Positions 1-10,405 of a stretch of 64,000 nt of DNA are shown here, piece after piece. The notes beneath the pieces are model-generated. The model saw only the letters and a program-made list of their open reading frames with translations. It ran no database searches and was not told the DNA's origin. How positions within the stretch are numbered: position 1 is the stretch's first letter; every line of letters starts with the position of its first letter. Source of the stretch: Clostridia bacterium (GTDB lineage Bacteria > Bacillota > Clostridia > Monoglobales > Firm-18); NCBI GenBank assembly GCA_045545235.1, contig JAZQAN010000017.1:1200-65199 (forward strand), written 5' to 3'. A program made the position numbers and the translations under genes.

Positions 1-40
1 CAAATTTTTTGCCACAGCCAGTGGCGGATTGGAGAGAATT

Positions 41-1420
41 ATGTTAAATCAGGAAAAAACTATGGAAAAAATCGTATCCTTATGTAAGGGAAGAGGCTTT
101 GTTTACCCGGGCTCTGAAATTTACGGAGGCCTTGCAAACACATGGGATTACGGTCCACTTGGTGTTGAACTTAAAAACAACGTAAAAAAAGCATGGTGGA
201 AAAAATTCGTTCAGGAATCACAGTACAACGTCGGTCTTGACTCTGCTATACTTATGAACCCTACAACTTGGGTTGCATCAGGCCATGTAGGCGGTTTTTC
301 AGACCCTCTTATCGACTGTAAGGAATGTAAGACACGTCATCGTGCTGATAAACTTATTGAAGATTTTGACGGTACAGTAGCAGATGGATGGACAAACGAA
401 CAGATGCTTGACTACATTAAGACAAACAACATCGTATGCCCTGACTGCGGCAAGCTAAACTTTACAGATATCAGAAAATTCAACCTTATGTTCAAAACAT
501 TCCAGGGTGTTACAGAAGATAGCTCAAGTGAAATTTACCTAAGACCTGAAACTGCTCAGGGTATTTTCGTAAACTTCAAAAATATTCAGCGTACAAGCCG
601 TAAGAAAGTTCCTTTCGGTGTTGCACAGGTTGGTAAATCATTCCGTAACGAAATTACACCGGGTAACTTCACATTCCGTACAAGAGAATTTGAACAGATG
701 GAACTTGAATTCTTCTGCGAACCGGGTACAGACCTTGAATGGTTTGAATATTGGAGAGGTTTCTGCAGAGACTGGTTGCTTTCACTTAATATTAAAGAAG
801 AAAACCTTAGACTTCGTGACCACTCACCTGAAGAACTAGCTTTCTATTCAAAAGCTACAACAGACTTTGAATTTATGTTCCCATTTGGTTGGGGTGAACT
901 TTGGGGTATTGCTGACAGAACAGATTATGACCTTTCTCAGCACGCAAAAACATCAGGTGAAACAATGGAATACATTGACCCTGTTGATACAAACAAGAGA
1001 TATATTCCTTACGTTGTAGAACCATCATTGGGTGCAGACCGTGTTACACTTGCATTCCTTTGCGAAGCTTATGATGAAGAAGTAGTAGGAGAAAACGACA
1101 CACGTGTTGTAATGCATTTCCACCCTGCACTTGCTCCAATTAAGGTTGCAGTTCTTCCTCTTTCAAAGAAGCTTTCTGAACAGGCTACAGAAATTTATCA
1201 GAAGCTTACAAAGAAATTCATGTGTGAATATGACGAAGCAGGCTCAATTGGTAAAAGATACAGAAGACAGGATGAAATCGGTACTCCTCTTTGCGTAACT
1301 GTTGACTTTGATACTGAAACAGACAACAGCGTAACAGTTCGTGACAGAGATACAATGGAACAGATAAGACTTCCAATCGACGAACTTGAAGCATATATCG
1401 AAAAATATATAGAATTCTAA
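41..1420 (+). CDS. glyQS: glycine--tRNA ligase (alpha2, GlyQS type)
   Basis: [38 protein letters not shown] and anticodon-binding [15 protein letters not shown] motifs. ATG at 41 follows GGAGAG. Confidence 0.97.
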   Translation: MLNQEKTMEKIVSLCKGRGFVYPGSEIYGGLANTWDYGPLGVELKNNVKKAWWKKFVQESQYNVGLDSAILMNPTTWVASGHVGGFSDPLIDCKECKTRHRADKLIEDFDGTVADGWTNEQMLDYIKTNNIVCPDCGKLNFTDIRKFNLMFKTFQGVTEDSSSEIYLRPETAQGIFVNFKNIQRTSRKKVPFGVAQVGKSFRNEITPGNFTFRTREFEQMELEFFCEPGTDLEWFEYWRGFCRDWLLSLNIKEENLRLRDHSPEELAFYSKATTDFEFMFPFGWGELWGIADRTDYDLSQHAKTSGETMEYIDPVDTNKRYIPYVVEPSLGADRVTLAFLCEAYDEEVVGENDTRVVMHFHPALAPIKVAVLPLSKKLSEQATEIYQKLTKKFMCEYDEAGSIGKRYRRQDEIGTPLCVTVDFDTETDNSVTVRDRDTMEQIRLPIDELEAYIEKYIEF

Positions 1421-1429
1421 TTTCGGGCT

Positions 1430-1981
1430 ATGATAAAAAGAAATTTCAAAATTATTCTGGCTTATATAATAGGGATAATTGCAAGTATGTTTCTTGCAGT
1501 TCCCTTAAGCCCTATACTTGGGTTTTCCCCAAAGTTGTTTTCTTCAATAACAGCCATCATTACTCTTTGGCTTGTATATTCGGAAATATGGAAAACAGGA
1601 AAATATGATGCATTGAAAAAAATCGAATCATTCAAAAAGCCTCTTTTGGGTATGATTGCATTTACGGTAATTTCATTAATCACAATACTCACCGTTGCAA
1701 TATTTGAACCAAAAGGCAATATCGATATTACAATGGTCATCGGCACATTCTGGTTCTTTCCGTTTATGAGTTTTTTCAGCAAAACAACATTTATTTACAT
1801 TAACTTAATTGTTGTTGCGGTATTTTTAATAATTTCCGTAATAGCATATTATATGGGAATAAAAGGTTTTTCGTTGACAGATAAAATACTTGCTGCAAGA
1901 AAAAGACGTATTGATGTAAAAGCAAAAAAACATTTTGACGAAATTGAAAAAATCAAAGAACAATATCGAAAAAAAGACTAA
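1430..1981 (+). CDS. hypothetical integral membrane protein
   Basis: 183-aa ORF 9 nt after glyQS, with 4-5 hydrophobic segments and a basic C-terminal tail. Confidence 0.75.
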   Translation: MIKRNFKIILAYIIGIIASMFLAVPLSPILGFSPKLFSSITAIITLWLVYSEIWKTGKYDALKKIESFKKPLLGMIAFTVISLITILTVAIFEPKGNIDITMVIGTFWFFPFMSFFSKTTFIYINLIVVAVFLIISVIAYYMGIKGFSLTDKILAARKRRIDVKAKKHFDEIEKIKEQYRKKD

Positions 1982-1988
1982 TAAAATC

Positions 1989-2027
1989 AAAATGGATTGT
2001 AAAAACTTTGTTTTTACAATCCATTTT
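1989..2027. terminator. bidirectional intrinsic terminator
   Basis: AAAATGGATTGTAAAAAC-ttt-GTTTTTACAATCCATTTT inverted repeat between convergent genes. Confidence 0.85.
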
Positions 2028-2030
2028 ATT

Positions 2031-2930
2031 TTAAATCATATTTAAAATTAACGGTATACTTACAAGAGCCAATATATGGGAAATAAATGCAAGTTTTGCA
2101 CCGGTGCTGCAATCTTCCCCTATAAGTTTTGGAAAAACTATTGTATTTAGCCCACTTGGCATTGCACACAACACCACGGCAGAACGCACAAGATTAACAT
2201 CGTTGGTAAAAAACTTCAGTGTTCCAAGCACAAGAAGTGGAATTACAAAAATCCTTAAAATACTGACTATATATATTTTTGTATCGGTAACCAAATTTTT
2301 TACACTAAATTCCGACATTACCATACCTGCAAGTAACATACTCACAGGAGCCATACAACTTGAAGATTTACTTACAAGTGTTTCGACCACTCCCGGCAAT
2401 TTTATAGCCGTAAGTCCGAATATGATACCTGCTATAATAGCTAAAATAATAGGATTTAAAATTCTTTTAAAAGATAACTTTGTATTTGTAAGCATACTGT
2501 AGCCAAATGTATAAGTATAAAAGGCAAAGGGAAGTGCAAAAAGTATCATATAAAGCAACCCTTCATCTCCATACAGGCTTTGACACAAAGCATACCCCAT
2601 ATATCCATAATTGGAAATAGTAAGTGTATATCTGAATACCTTTTGGATATATAAATCTTTGCTTAAAATTTTTGATACAAAATAGGATATAGCTACCAAA
2701 ACACATAAAATTACAACAGCAGTCAGTATTAGCCTGTAATATTTTGTAAGATTGGCAACAGTAAAGTTGGTGTAAAAAGAATTGAACACCGTACAAGGCA
2801 AAAATATATATATTCCTATTACAGAAAGAATTTTTGTCTGGTCACTGCTTACGAGTTTTTTCTTTCCCATTAAAAAACCACACAGCATAAAGGCAAAAAG
2901 TATACATAATTGTTCTAAAATTACTATCAT
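2031..2930 (-). CDS. AEC (auxin efflux carrier/malate permease) family transporter
   Basis: About 10 TM segments with FLPC, SNYGYMG, NPII, APVSM...G and AMPSG motifs. Confidence 0.88.
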   Translation of the reverse strand: MIVILEQLCILFAFMLCGFLMGKKKLVSSDQTKILSVIGIYIFLPCTVFNSFYTNFTVANLTKYYRLILTAVVILCVLVAISYFVSKILSKDLYIQKVFRYTLTISNYGYMGYALCQSLYGDEGLLYMILFALPFAFYTYTFGYSMLTNTKLSFKRILNPIILAIIAGIIFGLTAIKLPGVVETLVSKSSSCMAPVSMLLAGMVMSEFSVKNLVTDTKIYIVSILRIFVIPLLVLGTLKFFTNDVNLVRSAVVLCAMPSGLNTIVFPKLIGEDCSTGAKLAFISHILALVSIPLILNMI

Positions 2931-2983
2931 AAAAACACCACCACATACACACCATCTGAGATGTACTCTGAAAATTTATATTT

Positions 2984-3778
2984 TTAAATTAAATCCAATA
3001 CATTTTTATTTTCAAGCCTTTTATTTATATAGTCTGTCAGTTTAATTGACATTTGGGTTAACTGTTCGTTGGCTTTTTGATTTTGTGATTTAAAGTTCAT
3101 CATCTTTTCAACATACCCCTGTTCTACTGCAATTTTAACACTTTCAGGGAATACAAGCTCGTATACAAGTGACAAGTGACATGCAAGACCATCTACAGCA
3201 TTTTTCTTGATTTGTTTTAAAACAACCTTTTCATCAAAAAAACTGTTGAAAATGCCTTCGGAAAATTCGCTGTTTTTAAAATCCTCTTCTTTTACCTCGT
3301 ATACATCCTCTTTTGAACTTTCAAGATTAACCCTGAAAATATCAAGTTTATCTGCATCACGAATTATATTGCAAAATATTTTTGTATGTTCATCAAGACT
3401 GTTATCTATTCTGTATTTGTTGTGAAAACGGATTGCCTTTTCAATAATATAATCGAAATCACTTTCATCAATAAAATCGCGGATTTTCCCTTCCTCAAAC
3501 AATATGTCTGCACCAAGTTCCGCATGGTCAACGGAAACAAGGTCATTGAATGTTCCATATCGTTTGTTTTGTTCAAACCTTGCAATATCGTGTAAAAGCC
3601 CTATAAGCCAAGCTAAGTCCACATATTGCGGACTTAGACTTAAACTTTTTGCAATTTTTTCAGAAATATCGGCAACCTTGTAGGTATGCTTTACCTTAAG
3701 TGCATTTTGCCCGATACTCAAATCATAACTTTCTACATATTCTGCAAAGGCTTTTTTTGCTCTGCTTTTATTTATCAT
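2984..3778 (-). CDS. HD-domain phosphohydrolase
   Basis: KHTYKV, LLHDIARF, DHAELG, FHN and RDADKLD motifs. Start set at the ATG next to the ACT gene stop. Confidence 0.88.
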   Translation of the reverse strand: MINKSRAKKAFAEYVESYDLSIGQNALKVKHTYKVADISEKIAKSLSLSPQYVDLAWLIGLLHDIARFEQNKRYGTFNDLVSVDHAELGADILFEEGKIRDFIDESDFDYIIEKAIRFHNKYRIDNSLDEHTKIFCNIIRDADKLDIFRVNLESSKEDVYEVKEEDFKNSEFSEGIFNSFFDEKVVLKQIKKNAVDGLACHLSLVYELVFPESVKIAVEQGYVEKMMNFKSQNQKANEQLTQMSIKLTDYINKRLENKNVLDLI

Positions 3779-3779
3779 A

Positions 3780-4205
3780 TCAATACACATCAGCAGATGT
3801 AATTATTTCAACATTACCTGCCTTAAAAGCATCCACAGACTTTGTCATATCATCTGTTCTTACGACCATCAAAGCTTTATCAGCCTTTTTACCAACAAAG
3901 GCGTACATATACTCAATAGTAATTTCTGCCTTTGTAAGTGTATCAAGAACTTTTGAAAGTCCACCCGGCTGGTCATCTATTGCAACTGCAATAACATCTG
4001 TGCATTTTGCCATAACGCCATTTTCCTTAAGAACATTAACTGCTTCTTCCGGCTTATTTACAATGAGTCTTAAAATACCAAAGTCTGCTGTATCAGCAAT
4101 TGAAAGAGCACTTATATTAATATTCTTTTCACCAAGAAGGTCTATGATTTTAGCAATTCTGCCAAATTTATTTTCTACAAAAATTGAAATCTGCTTAATA
4201 AACAT
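3780..4205 (-). CDS. tandem ACT-domain protein
   Basis: QISIFVENKFGR and DDQPGGL...IEYMYAF. This family usually accompanies paaK. Confidence 0.9.
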   Translation of the reverse strand: MFIKQISIFVENKFGRIAKIIDLLGEKNINISALSIADTADFGILRLIVNKPEEAVNVLKENGVMAKCTDVIAVAIDDQPGGLSKVLDTLTKAEITIEYMYAFVGKKADKALMVVRTDDMTKSVDAFKAGNVEIITSADVY

Positions 4206-4223
4206 ACAAATCAGTCTCCTTTA

Positions 4224-5531
4224 TCAGTGTAATTTTCTTTTGTCTATAACACGTTTTGCCTTACCTTCGCTACGTTCAATAGACTTAGGATTAACAAGGT
4301 GTACTTTAACACCAATACCAAGTGTGCTTCTTAGTTTTTCAACTATATCCTTTTCAATCTTAACAATGGATTTGACATCATCGGAAAGTAGTTTTTCGCT
4401 CATTTCAACATTGATATCAAACGTATCTGTATTGTTTACACGGTCAATGATAATCTGATAGTTTGGAGTAATGTCATCCCCACTTACCTTAAGCAATACT
4501 TCTTCAATCTGTGACGGGAATACGTTAACACCACGGATAATCATCATATCGTCACTTCTGCCTGTTGGCTTGTTCATTCTTATAAATGTTCTGCCACACT
4601 TACATGGAGCAACCTCCAATGAGCAGATGTCACGTGTTCTGTATCTGATTAGCGGGAAACCTTCCTTGGTGATTGTTGTAAATACCAATTCACCCTTTTC
4701 ACCGTATGGCAAAACCTCACCTGTATCAGGGTCGATAATTTCAGGAATGAACATATCCTCATTAACGTGCATACCACACTGATGTTCACATTCAAATGAA
4801 ACACCCGGTCCCATAATTTCAGAAAGTCCGTAAATATCGTAAGCCTTGATGTTAAGCTTATCTTCAATTTCTCTTCTCATATCCTCTGTCCATGGTTCAG
4901 CACCGAAAATACCAACCTGTAATTTAAGTTGGTCTTTAACACCCATTTCTTCAATAGTTTCGCCAAGGTACATAGCATATGAAGGTGTACAGCAAAGAGC
5001 TGTAGAACCAAAGTCTATCATAGTCTGAATCTGTCTTGAAGTGTTACCTGCGGAAGTAGGTATAACAGTAGCCCCCACTCTTGTAGCACCGTCGTGTGCA
5101 CCAAGACCGCCTGTAAACAAACCGTAGCCGTATGAAACCTGTACAAAGGATTCATCAGTCTGACCGATACCAACCATCATTCTTGCAACACAGTCTGCCC
5201 ACATATCAAGGTCATTTCTTGTGTAACCAACAACAATCTGCTTACCTGTTGTAGCTGATGATGCGTGAACACGAACAATGTTCTGCATAGGTTCTGCAAA
5301 TAAACCGTAGGGATAATAATCTCTAAGGTCCTGCTTATAAGAAAAAGGCAGCTTATGTAGGTCTTCAACACCTTTTATGTCGGAAGGCTTCAAACCTGCC
5401 TCATCCATACGCTTACGAAAAAGCTCAACTCTTTCATACATTCTGTTTACTTGCCATACCAAACGTTCGGACTGTAGCTTTTTAAGCTCTTCTCTGTCCA
5501 TACATTCAATTTCCGGTTGATAAATTGCCAT
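4224..5531 (-). CDS. paaK: phenylacetate--CoA ligase
   Basis: HASSATTGK, YGLFTGG, GAEPW, DIYGLSE, RYRTRD, GRSDDM and RGVNVFP motifs. Start follows GGGAG. Confidence 0.93.
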   Translation of the reverse strand: MAIYQPEIECMDREELKKLQSERLVWQVNRMYERVELFRKRMDEAGLKPSDIKGVEDLHKLPFSYKQDLRDYYPYGLFAEPMQNIVRVHASSATTGKQIVVGYTRNDLDMWADCVARMMVGIGQTDESFVQVSYGYGLFTGGLGAHDGATRVGATVIPTSAGNTSRQIQTMIDFGSTALCCTPSYAMYLGETIEEMGVKDQLKLQVGIFGAEPWTEDMRREIEDKLNIKAYDIYGLSEIMGPGVSFECEHQCGMHVNEDMFIPEIIDPDTGEVLPYGEKGELVFTTITKEGFPLIRYRTRDICSLEVAPCKCGRTFIRMNKPTGRSDDMMIIRGVNVFPSQIEEVLLKVSGDDITPNYQIIIDRVNNTDTFDINVEMSEKLLSDDVKSIVKIEKDIVEKLRSTLGIGVKVHLVNPKSIERSEGKAKRVIDKRKLH

Positions 5532-5556
5532 TTTTAACACTCCCAATTTTTTAATT

Positions 5557-6123
5557 TTATAAATTGTATCCCAAATCAAATGCCTTAAGGTTGACATCTA
5601 AAAATTTCGGAGGTACAGTTGTTTTTATTGTTTCAATCCAGTTTTCATAAGGTATATCAGTAAGCTTTGCCATAACGCCAATCAAAACAACGTTCACAGC
5701 TTTTGCATTACCTGCTTCCTTAGCAAGCTCAAGTGCATTAACAGGCAGAAGATCAATTTTCTCTGAAAGCTTTTCCTTAATGTTTTCAGGATATTCCATA
5801 GCACCTATAATAACAGGCATAGGATCAATTGCCTGATCATTCACAATCATTTTTCCGCCCTTTTTCAAATATGGCAAAGCGCGGTATGCTTCCAACATTT
5901 CAAATGCAAGAATAATATCTGCTTCTCCACGGTCTACAATGGGTGAATATATCTTTTCACCATATTTTACATAGGTTACAACACTTCCTCCACGCTGACT
6001 CATACCGTGAACCTCGGAAACCTTAACATCATAACCTTCGTTAATAACTGTGTTACCCAAAATTCGGCTTGCAAGCAAGGTACCCTGACCGCCAACACCA
6101 ACAATCATAATATTTTTAGTCAT
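5557..6123 (-). CDS. iorB: indolepyruvate:ferredoxin oxidoreductase beta subunit
   Basis: GVGGQG, SEVHGMSQRGG and VNLKAFDLG motifs; adjacent to iorA. Confidence 0.93.
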   Translation of the reverse strand: MTKNIMIVGVGGQGTLLASRILGNTVINEGYDVKVSEVHGMSQRGGSVVTYVKYGEKIYSPIVDRGEADIILAFEMLEAYRALPYLKKGGKMIVNDQAIDPMPVIIGAMEYPENIKEKLSEKIDLLPVNALELAKEAGNAKAVNVVLIGVMAKLTDIPYENWIETIKTTVPPKFLDVNLKAFDLGYNL

Positions 6124-6124
6124 A

Positions 6125-7861
6125 TCAGTTTTCCTCCTTTTCAATAGCACCGAATGGGCAAAGATTTACACATAGTCCGCAACCGTTACACTGGTTTGCA
6201 TCAATTTTAACTGCCCCGTCTTTCCATGAAATTGCAGGACATCCCAGTTTCAGGCACATTTTACATTTTTTGCAGTTTTCTGTAACTTTGCATCTGCCTG
6301 TATACTTAACTTTTTTAAGCAATGCACAAGGACGCTGAGCAATAATAACGGAAGGTTCTTCTCTTTCCACTTCTTCCTTTACTACTTTTTCAAAGTTTTT
6401 AAGGTCAAATGGGTCTGCCACAACAACATGTTCAACACCAACTGCCTTACAAAGTGCAAGTAGGTTAACCTGCTTTGTTTCCTCACCACGGATTGTATAA
6501 CCTGTTGTAGGATTATCCTGATGACCTGTCATACCTGTAATTGAATTGTCAAGAATAATAACTGTGTTGTTACCCTTGTTGTATACTATGTCAATAAGTC
6601 CTGTAATACCTGAATGCATAAAGGTAGAATCACCTATTACAGAAACAAGCTTTTTGTTAAACTCTGCACCTCTTGCCTTAGCCATACCAAGTGCCGCACT
6701 GACAGATGCACCCATACATATTGTTGTGTCAACACTCTGAAGGGGGGCAACCGCACCAAGAGTATAGCAACCAATATCACCACTTACTACAAGACCAAGC
6801 TTTTTAAGTACATAAAATGTACCTCTGTGCGGACAACCTGCACACATTACAGGAGGACGTACAGGGATTGTTTCGTCTATTGAATCAAACTGTACAGAAT
6901 CTTCACCCAAAACAACTTTTTTAATCATTGAAGGTGTGTATTCACCAAGTAGTGTGAATAAGTTTTTGCCTTCAACATTAACACCGATGTTTTTGCAATG
7001 TTCTTCAATAAATGGGTCAAGTTCTTCCACAACATAAACTTTGTCGCATTTTGCACAAAAATCCTTAATTAGCTTTTCAGGCATAGGATAAACCATACCA
7101 AGCTTTAAGTAGTTTACATTTTCACCCAAAGCCTCGTGTGCATACATATATGAAATACCTGCTGTTATAACACCGATTTTTGAACCATTCATTTCAACCT
7201 TGTTAAGTTCTGAAGTTTCAGCAAAATCAGCAATAGCTTTCATTCTGTCTTCAACGACAACGTGTCTTTTAATTGCGTTGCCGGGCATCATAACATTTTT
7301 AGGGATATCCTTTTCATAAGGCTTAAGTTCAATTTCATCTCTGTCACAAAGTTCAACCATGCTCTGTGAATGTGAGACACGTGTTGAAAGTCTTATAAAT
7401 ACAGGAGTATCAAATTTTTCACTAAGTTCAAAAGCCATTTTTGTATATTCTTTACACTCACCTGAATCCGCAGGCTCAAGCATCATAATTTTAGAAGCTT
7501 TTGCATAGTGACGTGAATCCTGCTCATTCTGTGAAGAATGCATACCGGGATCATCTGCAACACAAAGTACAAGACCACCGTTTACACCAATATAGCTTAC
7601 TGTAAAAACAGGGTCTGCCATAACGTTTAGACCAACGTGCTTCATACAGGTCATACTTCTTGCACCTGCAATTGACGCACCTATGGCAACTTCTGCAGCA
7701 ACCTTTTCATTAGGTGCCCATTCTGCATAAATATCTTCATACTTTACAATATTTTCGGTAATTTCCGTACTGGGTGTACCGGGGTAGGAAGCAACAACGC
7801 GTACGCCTGCTTCATATGCACCTCTGGCAACAGCAGCATTACCAAGCATTAATTCTTTCAT
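6125..7861 (-). CDS. iorA: indolepyruvate:ferredoxin oxidoreductase alpha subunit
   Basis: YPGTPSTE, MKHVGLN, SSQNEQD, CAGCPH, GDIGC, TPP motif GDSTF...DN and C-terminal 2x[4Fe-4S] cysteines. Confidence 0.95.
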   Translation of the reverse strand: MKELMLGNAAVARGAYEAGVRVVASYPGTPSTEITENIVKYEDIYAEWAPNEKVAAEVAIGASIAGARSMTCMKHVGLNVMADPVFTVSYIGVNGGLVLCVADDPGMHSSQNEQDSRHYAKASKIMMLEPADSGECKEYTKMAFELSEKFDTPVFIRLSTRVSHSQSMVELCDRDEIELKPYEKDIPKNVMMPGNAIKRHVVVEDRMKAIADFAETSELNKVEMNGSKIGVITAGISYMYAHEALGENVNYLKLGMVYPMPEKLIKDFCAKCDKVYVVEELDPFIEEHCKNIGVNVEGKNLFTLLGEYTPSMIKKVVLGEDSVQFDSIDETIPVRPPVMCAGCPHRGTFYVLKKLGLVVSGDIGCYTLGAVAPLQSVDTTICMGASVSAALGMAKARGAEFNKKLVSVIGDSTFMHSGITGLIDIVYNKGNNTVIILDNSITGMTGHQDNPTTGYTIRGEETKQVNLLALCKAVGVEHVVVADPFDLKNFEKVVKEEVEREEPSVIIAQRPCALLKKVKYTGRCKVTENCKKCKMCLKLGCPAISWKDGAVKIDANQCNGCGLCVNLCPFGAIEKEEN

Positions 7862-7884
7862 ATTCAAAATCCTTTCAACGTATA

Positions 7885-9519
7885 TTAATTTTTAATCTGT
7901 TTAGCTACAAGACTTTCTCCGCAGTATATTTCACGAAGCTTCGGTTTTTCAATTTTACCTGTAGGGTTACGTGGAACATCTGCAAAAATAACCTTGTGAG
8001 GTCTTTTATATCTTGGAAGGTCAATACAAAATTCGCTGATGTCTTCTTCTGTAAGCTTGCAGCCTTCTTTAACCTCAATAATTGCAGCAGCAATTTCACC
8101 AAGACGCGCATCAGGAAGACCTATAACCGCAACATCCTTTATGCAGTCGTGCTTACGGAGAAAATCTTCAATCTGTACAGGATAAAGGTTTTCACCGCCT
8201 GATATAATAACGTCTTTTTTACGGTCTACAAGATAGATAAAACCATCCTCATCCTCTTGTGCAACGTCACCGGTATAAAGCCAACCATCTTTTAAAACTT
8301 CTTCAGTAGCTTTTTCATCTTTATAATAGCAAAGCATTACGCCGGGACCTTTAACTGCAAGTTCGCCAACTTCTCCCTTTGAAACTTCGTTTTTATTTTC
8401 GTCAACAATTTTAACTTCCCAGCCAAAGCCTGCCTTACCTATGGCACCAACCTTATGAATGTTTTCCACACCAAGGTGTACGCAACCCGGACCTATTGAT
8501 TCAGAAAGACCATAGTTTGTATCATACTGATGGTTGGGGAATTTTTCCTTCCATCTCTTTATAAGACTTGGCGGAACAGGCTGTGCACCTATATGCATAA
8601 GTCTCCACTGTTCTATTTTATAGTGGTCAAGGTTAATATCGCCTCTGTCAATTGCATCAAGCAAATCCTGTGCCCACGGTACTAAAAGCCATACAATAGA
8701 GCATCTTTCCTTTGAAACAATATCCATAATCCATTCCGGCTTAACACCTTTTAAAAGAACTGCTTTACCACCTACCAGAAAACTTCCGAACCAGTGCATT
8801 TTTGCACCTGTATGATAAAGTGGAGGTATGCAAAGGAATACATCATCCTTTGTTTGCCCATGATGATTCTGTTCTGTCATAGCGGCATGCACAAGACTTC
8901 TGTGTGCATGAATAATAGCCTTTGGAAAGCCTGTTGTTCCTGATGAAAAATATATAGCTGCTTCATCATCGTCAGTAAGCGTAATTTCAGGGTCTGTTTC
9001 AGAACAATATGTAACAAGCTTATCATAGCTCTGTGCAAATGTAGGACAGTCTGAACCTACATAGAACCAGTCTTTAACCTTTGGTACTCTGCCAAACACT
9101 TCTTCAACACGGCCTGTAAATTCAGGACCAAAAACTATTGCATCAGCATCTGCAAGTTTAAGACAGTACTTTATTTCGTCAGAAGTGTAACGGTAGTTAA
9201 GAGGTACTGCCAAAGCACCTGTTTTTAGAATACCGAAGTATATTGGCAACCATTCAAGGCAATTCATAAGTAAAATTGCAACCTTGTCGCCCTTCTTTAT
9301 ATTTTTAGTAAGCAAAAGATTTGCAAATCTGTTTGCTTTTTTATTAAATTCACTCCATGTGATTTCTGTTCTGTAAGCTTCATTTGGACTTGCCTCAATA
9401 AGAGAATATTCTCTCCACGTAAGCTTTGACTGTGCCTCAAGCTTTGGGTTGATTTCCACAAGACTTACATCGTTGGGATAAAAATCCGCATTTTTCTTAA
9501 GTATTTCTGTAATAGGCAT
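7885..9519 (-). CDS. class I adenylate-forming enzyme (acyl-CoA synthetase)
   Basis: YFSSGTTGFPK, YGLSE, WLYTGD, DRKKD, GGENLYP and PRNPTGKI motifs. Confidence 0.92.
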   Translation of the reverse strand: MPITEILKKNADFYPNDVSLVEINPKLEAQSKLTWREYSLIEASPNEAYRTEITWSEFNKKANRFANLLLTKNIKKGDKVAILLMNCLEWLPIYFGILKTGALAVPLNYRYTSDEIKYCLKLADADAIVFGPEFTGRVEEVFGRVPKVKDWFYVGSDCPTFAQSYDKLVTYCSETDPEITLTDDDEAAIYFSSGTTGFPKAIIHAHRSLVHAAMTEQNHHGQTKDDVFLCIPPLYHTGAKMHWFGSFLVGGKAVLLKGVKPEWIMDIVSKERCSIVWLLVPWAQDLLDAIDRGDINLDHYKIEQWRLMHIGAQPVPPSLIKRWKEKFPNHQYDTNYGLSESIGPGCVHLGVENIHKVGAIGKAGFGWEVKIVDENKNEVSKGEVGELAVKGPGVMLCYYKDEKATEEVLKDGWLYTGDVAQEDEDGFIYLVDRKKDVIISGGENLYPVQIEDFLRKHDCIKDVAVIGLPDARLGEIAAAIIEVKEGCKLTEEDISEFCIDLPRYKRPHKVIFADVPRNPTGKIEKPKLREIYCGESLVAKQIKN

Positions 9520-9559
9520 ATTAATCTTTCCTTTCTGTAAAACAACGCCATAATATCAT

Positions 9560-9588
9560 ATTTTATCACTTTAATGCAAAAAAGTCAA
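9560..9588 (-). promoter_or_regulatory. sigma-A promoter of the acyl-CoA synthetase/ior cluster
   Basis: TTGACT-17 nt-TAAAAT with a TG extension on the minus strand. Confidence 0.6.
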
Positions 9589-9679
9589 TGAAAATACGAC
9601 AGATATCCATTTAAATCTGTACAAAATATTTCTTATATGTTATAATTATTCCATCATATTCTACATTTGGAGGTATCCT

Positions 9680-10405
9680 ATGATTAACTATGCTCACAGA
9701 GGTGCAAGCGAATACGCACCTGAAAATACTTTATCATCATTCTACCTTGGGCTTCTTCAAGGCGCAAACGGCATAGAAACAGACGTACAAAGAACAAAAG
9801 ACGGTGTTCTGGTACTGTTTCACGATGATACCGTTGACCGTGTTTCTAATGGAAAAGGTGCAGTTTGTGACTACACTCTTGAAGAACTTCAGGCTTTGAA
9901 AATTTATGGAAACAGCACTACCGGCTTTTATGATAAAGTTATTACACTTCGAGAATTTATGGAAAAATTTTCACAGTATGATATTAAATTTGCCATAGAA
10001 CTTAAGGTTGCAGGTGTTGAAAAGGATACTCTTGATATAATAACCGAATTTGGAGCCCTTGAAAAAACCACATTTACAAGCTTCACCTTTGACTACATAA
10101 GTAACATAAAAAAGTTTAATCCAAAAGCACGTGTAGGCTGGCTTACAGCCAATACAGATGACGAAACTATTGAAAAGCTTTTATCTGTTGGTGGGGAAGA
10201 ATTGGCACCAAAGGGCGAAACCATAACAGAAGAACTTATGCAAAAATGGCGTTCAAAGGGACTTGGTATAAGAGCCTGGGGCGTTTCAAATACCGAAATT
10301 ATGAAAAAAATGTGTTATTTGAAAGTTGACGGTATGACAGTTAATTTCCCCGACAGACTTTTTAACTTTACAAATAAAAATAAATCAGAGGTGTTTGTCC
10401 GATGA
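9680..10405 (+). CDS. cytoplasmic glycerophosphodiester phosphodiesterase
   Basis: AHRGAS, PENT, ETDV, HD and IELK motifs; no signal peptide. Confidence 0.92.
   Translation: MINYAHRGASEYAPENTLSSFYLGLLQGANGIETDVQRTKDGVLVLFHDDTVDRVSNGKGAVCDYTLEELQALKIYGNSTTGFYDKVITLREFMEKFSQYDIKFAIELKVAGVEKDTLDIITEFGALEKTTFTSFTFDYISNIKKFNPKARVGWLTANTDDETIEKLLSVGGEELAPKGETITEELMQKWRSKGLGIRAWGVSNTEIMKKMCYLKVDGMTVNFPDRLFNFTNKNKSEVFVR

Noticed and set aside
3700-4458. 252-aa plus-strand ORF
   Set aside because: Antisense to the HD, ACT and paaK genes, with no recognisable motifs.
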